A DNA stretch of 64,000 nucleotides from a virus (lineage: Duplodnaviria; Caudoviricetes): IMG/VR virus record IMGVR_UViG_3300046318_000318; one strand, 5' to 3'. Below the pieces are notes generated by a model, which was not told where the DNA came from, ran no database searches, and worked only from the letters and a program-made list of their open reading frames with translations. This document shows, piece after piece, positions 58,626-64,000 of this stretch (position 1 is its first letter; each line of letters starts with the position of its first letter). The position numbers were made by a program, and so were the translations under genes.

Positions 58626-61304
58626 ATGAGCGAGAAGATAAATCAAGTAATCAAATCTATTAACTCTGGTAAAAATTACCCAGCTGTGGATTTGGTTCAG
58701 AAGAATCCAGAGTTGGCTGCTCTGGTAAGTAAACTTACCAGATCAAGAGATAGAACAGAATCTCAAATCATCAACTCAGATGGTAACTCAGCCATCGATC
58801 AGAGTCAGATGCTTGGCATATCTGATAAAATAAAAACCAAAAGAAAAGACAATGAAAACATCATTCAACTCTTTCCGGATATTGAATTAGGCATTCAAAT
58901 TCTGGTGAGTTCTATCTTGTCGCCAAAGGATATGGTCAAGACAGAACTTATTTACAAGCTAAAAGATAGTATTTTCCCTTCTGAAATCACGATGGGATTG
59001 CACGATATCGTTAGGAAACATCTGGAGAATCATTACGATTTGCTGAAAGATCTTCCTGTTCTTCTGAGAGAATCTTTGTTCGGTACAGGTAGTTACATCA
59101 AAACTGTAATACCAGAGTCTATTCTTGATGACATTATTCATCAGAGAACCATCTCAAAAGAATCTTTAAATCTAGCAAGTGAGTCTGGCTTCGCACAGAT
59201 ATCTAAGTCCATAGGTATCTTAGGCGGGTACGAACAAGATAAACGAATAGGTTTAGAATCTATCTTCACAGGTAGTAAACCAGCAGCCTCTTCAGGCGCT
59301 CTGTTCCAAAGGCTGAATGGAAACGTGAGTGTGTTTGACGATAAGATCAACATCACGGACAGCATGGAGTTGCTTAAGTTCAGTAAGCTTAAAGAATCTG
59401 TCAGAAAGAAAGCCATACGCAAACTAGCTGTAGAGAGTAATAGACTAGACAACACCATCATGACCAACATCATGTTTGGTGAACCCACAGGTAAATCACA
59501 GAACCTATTAGTAGTTCCTGATAAAGGATCTTCTTCTAGAAAGTCTATCGGTAGACCCCTCACTATGAAAATGCCTAGTGAGGCTGTCATACCTGTATAT
59601 ATACCCGGTGACGAAACCAAACATATCGGATACTTTGTACTGATAGATAGCTCAGGTTATCCAGTATCCGCTAACAGTAATCTTCAGGGTACTCAGTCTT
59701 TGAGTTCTTTGTGGCAACAAGCCAATCAAGGTGGTAGCTCTTCAGGTTTGATTCAAAAAGCCAGACAGAACTTGATAGCTGGTAATTGTAACGACACCAA
59801 CAACTTAGACCAGATAGTAAGGATCTATGGCAGTATTGTAGAAACCAATCTGGTAAACAGACTCAGGAACGGTGTATATGAATCTGAGTATGAGATTTCT
59901 GAGAATGAAGAAGTCTATCGGATCATGTTAGCCAGATCTCTGGCCGGTAAATTTACCACCATGGTTTATATACCTGAAGAGTTTATGACTTACTTTGCTT
60001 TTAAGTATCATCCAAACGGTACAGGTAAATCCTTACTGGATGATCTTAAGATCATTACAAGCATTCGTTCTATTCTTTTGTTTGCTCGTGTGATGGCTCT
60101 TACTAAAAGTGCCATTAACCTGACTCATGTCAATATGAATCTAGATCCTAATGATCCAGATCCAGAGAAGACTATCGAGATGGGCATGCATGAAGTATTG
60201 AAAATGCGTCAGAACTATCTACCTTTGGGCATTAACACACCCACGGATCTGGTAGATTGGATCAACAGAGCCGGATTTGAGTTTACATTTGACGGGCATC
60301 CTGGTATACCTCAGACCAAATTTGAATTTGAATCTAGAAATATTCAACATCAAGTACCTGATGATAGCTTAGATGAAAGTCTTCGTAAACAAACCTACAT
60401 GGCATTTGGTATTAGTCCAGAGACTATTGACAATGGCTTCAACTCTGAGTTTGCTACTACAGTAGTGTCTAACAACATTCTTTTGTCTAAACGAGTGAGC
60501 CAGTATCAAGACATTCTCTGTAGACAACTTGTCGATTACGTACAGAAGTTGTTGTCGTGCGATGAAGTTTTCAAGAAAGAAGCTTTGGATTTCCTTAAGG
60601 AAAACAAAGGTCTGATGGAGAAAACTTTCAGCGCTCAGGAAGTTAAAGATTTAGATGAAGATACTGAAGATGGCAATCTGCTGTTTGCTATTGAAAAGTA
60701 TCTGGAATATCTGGATATAGAACTACCCAAGCCTGATGAAACATCTGTAGACACACAGTTGGAAGCCTATACCAAATATGAAGAAGCTTTGGATAAAGCT
60801 ATTACAAGCTGGATCAGTCCAGATATCATAACGTCTGATGTCTCTGGTGAAATCAGTAGTTATGCTGATACTATCAAGAACATTGTGCGTGCTCATTACT
60901 TAAGACAGTGGATGTCTGATAATAACTTCTTGTCTGAACTGGGAGATATGGTCACCAAGGATGAAGATGGTAAAGCTAATATGGATGTCTTTGATATCAA
61001 TAAAGCTCACATCGAAGGTTTGGTGAAAATGTCTGTGCGGTTTATTGACTCTATGAAGTCTGTTAAAGCTGCTGCTGATAAGGATATACAGAACCTAGGT
61101 ACTGAACCTGCTCAGTCTAGCGGAGACAGTTCACAGTCAGGAGATGGCGGTGGATCACAAGACGGTGGTGCTCAGGATGGCGGTATGGATGATTTCTCTT
61201 TAGATGGAGAAGATGACATGTCAGCTCAAGATGGAGCAGCACAGGACGGTGGCACGCAAGATGGTGAAGAAGCACAACCTGCTCAAGAACCGCCTGCTCA
61301 GTAA
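58626..61304 (+). CDS. Portal protein (phiKZ gp129-like, 892 aa)
   Basis: QLFPDIELGIQILVSSILSP, PSEAVIPV...HIGYFVLID and FAFKY...G.G.SLLD segments; size and synteny. Confidence 0.72.
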   Translation: MSEKINQVIKSINSGKNYPAVDLVQKNPELAALVSKLTRSRDRTESQIINSDGNSAIDQSQMLGISDKIKTKRKDNENIIQLFPDIELGIQILVSSILSPKDMVKTELIYKLKDSIFPSEITMGLHDIVRKHLENHYDLLKDLPVLLRESLFGTGSYIKTVIPESILDDIIHQRTISKESLNLASESGFAQISKSIGILGGYEQDKRIGLESIFTGSKPAASSGALFQRLNGNVSVFDDKINITDSMELLKFSKLKESVRKKAIRKLAVESNRLDNTIMTNIMFGEPTGKSQNLLVVPDKGSSSRKSIGRPLTMKMPSEAVIPVYIPGDETKHIGYFVLIDSSGYPVSANSNLQGTQSLSSLWQQANQGGSSSGLIQKARQNLIAGNCNDTNNLDQIVRIYGSIVETNLVNRLRNGVYESEYEISENEEVYRIMLARSLAGKFTTMVYIPEEFMTYFAFKYHPNGTGKSLLDDLKIITSIRSILLFARVMALTKSAINLTHVNMNLDPNDPDPEKTIEMGMHEVLKMRQNYLPLGINTPTDLVDWINRAGFEFTFDGHPGIPQTKFEFESRNIQHQVPDDSLDESLRKQTYMAFGISPETIDNGFNSEFATTVVSNNILLSKRVSQYQDILCRQLVDYVQKLLSCDEVFKKEALDFLKENKGLMEKTFSAQEVKDLDEDTEDGNLLFAIEKYLEYLDIELPKPDETSVDTQLEAYTKYEEALDKAITSWISPDIITSDVSGEISSYADTIKNIVRAHYLRQWMSDNNFLSELGDMVTKDEDGKANMDVFDINKAHIEGLVKMSVRFIDSMKSVKAAADKDIQNLGTEPAQSSGDSSQSGDGGGSQDGGAQDGGMDDFSLDGEDDMSAQDGAAQDGGTQDGEEAQPAQEPPAQ

Positions 61305-61314
61305 TCTTTAAATA

Positions 61315-61358
61315 GAAAAAAAATAACACCCTGGCCTTTTGGGCTGGGGTGTTATTTT
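61315..61358. terminator. Repeated bidirectional terminator hairpin (family copy 4)
   Basis: A-run + taacaccctggcc-tttt-gggctggggtgtta + T-run. Confidence 0.75.
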
Positions 61359-61363
61359 AATTC

Positions 61364-61852
61364 TTATTTACTCAGGAGTTGTTTCAACTCCGTGATGTCT
61401 TTGGCAATACCGCCAGATCCATCCCAGGAATCACCTAGGAGCTGGATCATCGACGACAACCCAACCGCCCCTGTGGGAATTCCCAACAGGGTCAGTAGAT
61501 TGTTTTGGGTAGTCTTGACAAAGACCCCCTCATTACCACTCTTGTAGCGCTCATGGACACATACGTGCCCGTATTCGCTACCTTGGACAATCAAGAGCCG
61601 ATTAGTCTCCCAATCATAGGAGACGTACATGTCTCCGTCATTAATCTTCTCATACAGGACACCATCATAGTATCCCGTACCATTTGCCCACTCTTGGCGA
61701 TAAACCAGGATTTTGTTTTCTTTAACAAGTCTTTGACAGTGTCGGTAAAACACTGTCCCTGCTTCTGTCGTCGGAATGCGACCATTATTGTACAGGGTTT
61801 CATTGCCCTCACCCCAAAAGGTGAAAACGAATTTTTCGAATGTCTGTGCCAT
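61364..61852 (-). CDS. Accessory hypothetical protein (162 aa) in a promoter-leader cassette
   Basis: AAGGAGATACTC RBS shared with copies A and B. Confidence 0.75.
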   Translation of the reverse strand: MAQTFEKFVFTFWGEGNETLYNNGRIPTTEAGTVFYRHCQRLVKENKILVYRQEWANGTGYYDGVLYEKINDGDMYVSYDWETNRLLIVQGSEYGHVCVHERYKSGNEGVFVKTTQNNLLTLLGIPTGAVGLSSMIQLLGDSWDGSGGIAKDITELKQLLSK

Positions 61853-61934
61853 GAGTATCTCCTTAACTGATAGTGTCGCAGAAAGAACGACTTAAACCAC
61901 AGCGATAGCTCAAGTTAAGTGTACGTGATTGAAA
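61853..61934 (-). promoter_or_regulatory. Repeated promoter-like motif plus structured leader, copy E
   Basis: TTTCAATCACGTACACTTAACT...GCTATCGCTGTGGTTTAA-GTCGT(TCTTTCT)GCGAC...AGTTAAGGAG. Confidence 0.7.
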
Positions 61935-61980
61935 TATTTTCTAAGGCGAGAAAAAGAAAAACACCGAGGTGTTTTTCTTT

Positions 61981-62238
61981 TTAACCTTTTATTATCTTAT
62001 TGTGTATCTTTTCCAAGACCAATAAAAAGATAATCAAAGCTATAAAACCTCTTAACACAAAAGCTGGAAAAGCCAACCAAGGATGTAACCCTTCCATGAA
62101 AACACTTATACCTTCAGTTACGCTAAAGATAAAGATAGCTGTGACTATAGATACAAAAGCTGTCAGGCTTAATAACAAACCATAAGCACTTACAGCTATA
62201 GCCAGAAGAAGCACAACCAGCATGAGAAGATAACCCAT
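61981..62238 (-). CDS. Small multi-pass membrane protein (85 aa)
   Basis: Almost entirely hydrophobic; AGGA RBS. Confidence 0.6.
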   Translation of the reverse strand: MGYLLMLVVLLLAIAVSAYGLLLSLTAFVSIVTAIFIFSVTEGISVFMEGLHPWLAFPAFVLRGFIALIIFLLVLEKIHNKIIKG

Positions 62239-62298
62239 TTGTTCCTTTCGGTTAAAAAAGATTACCCTGGCTTATGCCAGGGTAATCTGATTCTTCAC

Positions 62299-63996
62299 TT
62301 ACACATCTTTACGGATGAGATAGCCACGACCGATGATGTTCTCGTATACACGATACACCACACCATCCTGAGTGATAATCAAATCATGGATACTGGTGTG
62401 CTGGCCTTGTTTCTTGTGAAGCACCAAAGAGTCTATGATCTTAGCAAGGATCGGAGTCTTACCGTGGTTCACAGAGCACAGCTGACCATCAAACTTGTAA
62501 CCAAGCTCACGGTCTGTCATAGGCAGGTAAGTCAGAGTGTAGTTCTCCGACAAAGAGATGCATCCGATCAGCTCACTGATGTCCAGGAGATTGCGAACTT
62601 CGTTGTCGATTTCATCACCCTCAGTTCGGAAGAACATGTTGATAACGTCATGACCGAAGTTACTCAAACCCAGATTACCCATCTGACCACAGTTCTCATG
62701 GACATACGAAACCAAAGCTTCGTAGTCCTCAGTGAAACTGTCGATGGTCACATCTTTGAGTTGTAGGTTGTTAGCCAGAAACTCATTGATCAGATTGGTG
62801 ATCCGGCGATCCACAGTCACCATCACAGAGATCTTGTCGTCCTGAGAACCTTCCACACCCCATTCATCACTGGCTTGCTTGAAAGCTGCGGACAAAGATT
62901 TCATAGTAAGAGCGAGTTGCTCAAAGTTAGAAGCTTTAGCCAACATCTTCTTGTATTCAGTCATATCGTCTTTGGACAATATGGCGTTAGTAGCGATACC
63001 AAAGCACCTGAATACTTTACCACCAGCTGTGATACATTTGGATTTACCAGCTAAGATGACTGAATCCTCACTGATCTCCAAGATCATGTTGTTACCATCA
63101 ACAACAGTGATATCAGCTTCATCAATCGCAGAGGCTTGTTTAAGAACCTCTACTTGCTGATTGAAGTTGTTGTTGCGTACCACAGAGTCCATAGGGTAAG
63201 CTTTACCCATGAACGTGATGGTGTGTTTGGATCGATCCATCTCATCTCCGTTGACATACACCACGTCTTTCAGACCTTGTGGTTCTGGTTTGCTGGCTGG
63301 TTTTTGGGCTTGTGGTTTTTCGTCTACCACATAACTCTTCTGTTGAACAGATACGTTACCGTATCGCTCGACGTTACCAGCGATGTTGGCAGCAGCAGGA
63401 TTTTGCATCATACCTGGATTACCCTGATGCATGAACCCACCCACAGGACCCTGCTGCATAGGTTGCTGCATAGGCATCTGTTGCGGGAACTGCTGAGGCA
63501 TCTGTTGCGGGTAGCTATGCATAGGTTGCTGCATAGGCATCTGCTGAGGATAGCTATGCTGCATAGGCATTTGGAGCGGGCGTCCAAACTGATCTACAGG
63601 CTGACCCTGTTGATTATAGAAAATCTGTTGGTTTTGTTGGTTTTGCATGGGTTGTGACAATTGCTGTTGATACATTCTGTTTTGCAGATCCTGCAACTCC
63701 AATTTTAAGTTGTTGAAAAAGGCGGCGTTTTGCGCTGATGCGTCTACTACCCGTGAGTCTGAAGCATCATGCACTGCGTCCACTGTAAGTACTAACATAC
63801 TCGTATAGAGAGTCAAATACTTTTGAACGCAGTCTTTCATAGCCATGTCTGTAGAGGTATGATTTCTCTTCTCCACTTCTAAAGCCATGAATAATAATGT
63901 TTGGGTCAAAACTTCTTGAAACTGTGGGTTGTTCCAATTGTTCATAACCAAACTGTTGTAACAATACATCCTGGCTCGGCTGTTGTTGGCTCTCAT
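62299..63996 (-). CDS. Conserved phiKZ-like hypothetical protein with a Gln/Pro/Met-rich linker; probably starts beyond the window edge
   Basis: Frame is open upstream of 63996; strongly biased codons. Confidence 0.7.
   Translation of the reverse strand: MRANNSRARMYCYNSLVMNNWNNPQFQEVLTQTLLFMALEVEKRNHTSTDMAMKDCVQKYLTLYTSMLVLTVDAVHDASDSRVVDASAQNAAFFNNLKLELQDLQNRMYQQQLSQPMQNQQNQQIFYNQQGQPVDQFGRPLQMPMQHSYPQQMPMQQPMHSYPQQMPQQFPQQMPMQQPMQQGPVGGFMHQGNPGMMQNPAAANIAGNVERYGNVSVQQKSYVVDEKPQAQKPASKPEPQGLKDVVYVNGDEMDRSKHTITFMGKAYPMDSVVRNNNFNQQVEVLKQASAIDEADITVVDGNNMILEISEDSVILAGKSKCITAGGKVFRCFGIATNAILSKDDMTEYKKMLAKASNFEQLALTMKSLSAAFKQASDEWGVEGSQDDKISVMVTVDRRITNLINEFLANNLQLKDVTIDSFTEDYEALVSYVHENCGQMGNLGLSNFGHDVINMFFRTEGDEIDNEVRNLLDISELIGCISLSENYTLTYLPMTDRELGYKFDGQLCSVNHGKTPILAKIIDSLVLHKKQGQHTSIHDLIITQDGVVYRVYENIIGRGYLIRKDV
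63451..63575 (-). repeat. Imperfect coding tandem repeats (QQMPMQQPM / HSYPQQMP)
   Basis: Repeated ctgcataggcatctg and gtagctatgc units on the plus strand. Confidence 0.75.
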
Positions 63997-64000
63997 AGAA

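Noticed and set aside
26220-61358. Repeated acacccccggcc...ggctaggggtgtt hairpins as CRISPR repeats or IS ends
   Set aside because: They are single dispersed copies, not regularly spaced arrays; there is no cas or transposase gene, and A/T runs and position at convergent gene ends fit terminators.
1-64000. tRNA, rRNA, CRISPR array, integrase or reverse transcriptase genes
   Set aside because: No cloverleaf with T-loop/D-loop consensus, rRNA-like tract, spaced repeat array or such catalytic motifs were seen by eye; a tRNAscan/Infernal run would be needed to exclude them fully.

Overview
A 64-kb segment of a phiKZ-like jumbo phage genome (Chimalliviridae-type), mostly virion, head, tail and recombination genes. 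Recognisable genes include tail sheath and tube, prohead protease, three virion RNA polymerase (vRNAP) subunits, a gp181-like tail muralytic protein, a UvsX/RecA-like recombinase, RNase H, an SbcC-like ATPase, RuvC, a central spike, spanins and the portal. phiKZ gene-number equivalences are from memory of the family, not from a search. The main finding is four group I introns in the active-site motifs of the vRNAP. Two ORF-less introns sit in tandem inside the catalytic ADFDGD motif of the beta-prime-like subunit and leave a 6-nt micro-exon (TTCGAT = Phe-Asp, 14840-14845, minus strand) carrying one catalytic aspartate. Two more introns, each encoding an HNH homing endonuclease behind a start-codon-occluding hairpin, interrupt the beta-like subunit at its DD|GKR and GD|K motifs. 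All four insert after GAU and use a GUC guide. Other signals: an internal S74-type autocleaving chaperone domain in the 2414-aa tail protein; five copies of a promoter-like motif plus a covarying structured leader in front of antisense accessory genes; an unannotated 28-aa membrane peptide; and a C-terminal PxFS(R/K)W motif shared by two putative head proteins. No tRNA, rRNA or CRISPR array was seen.
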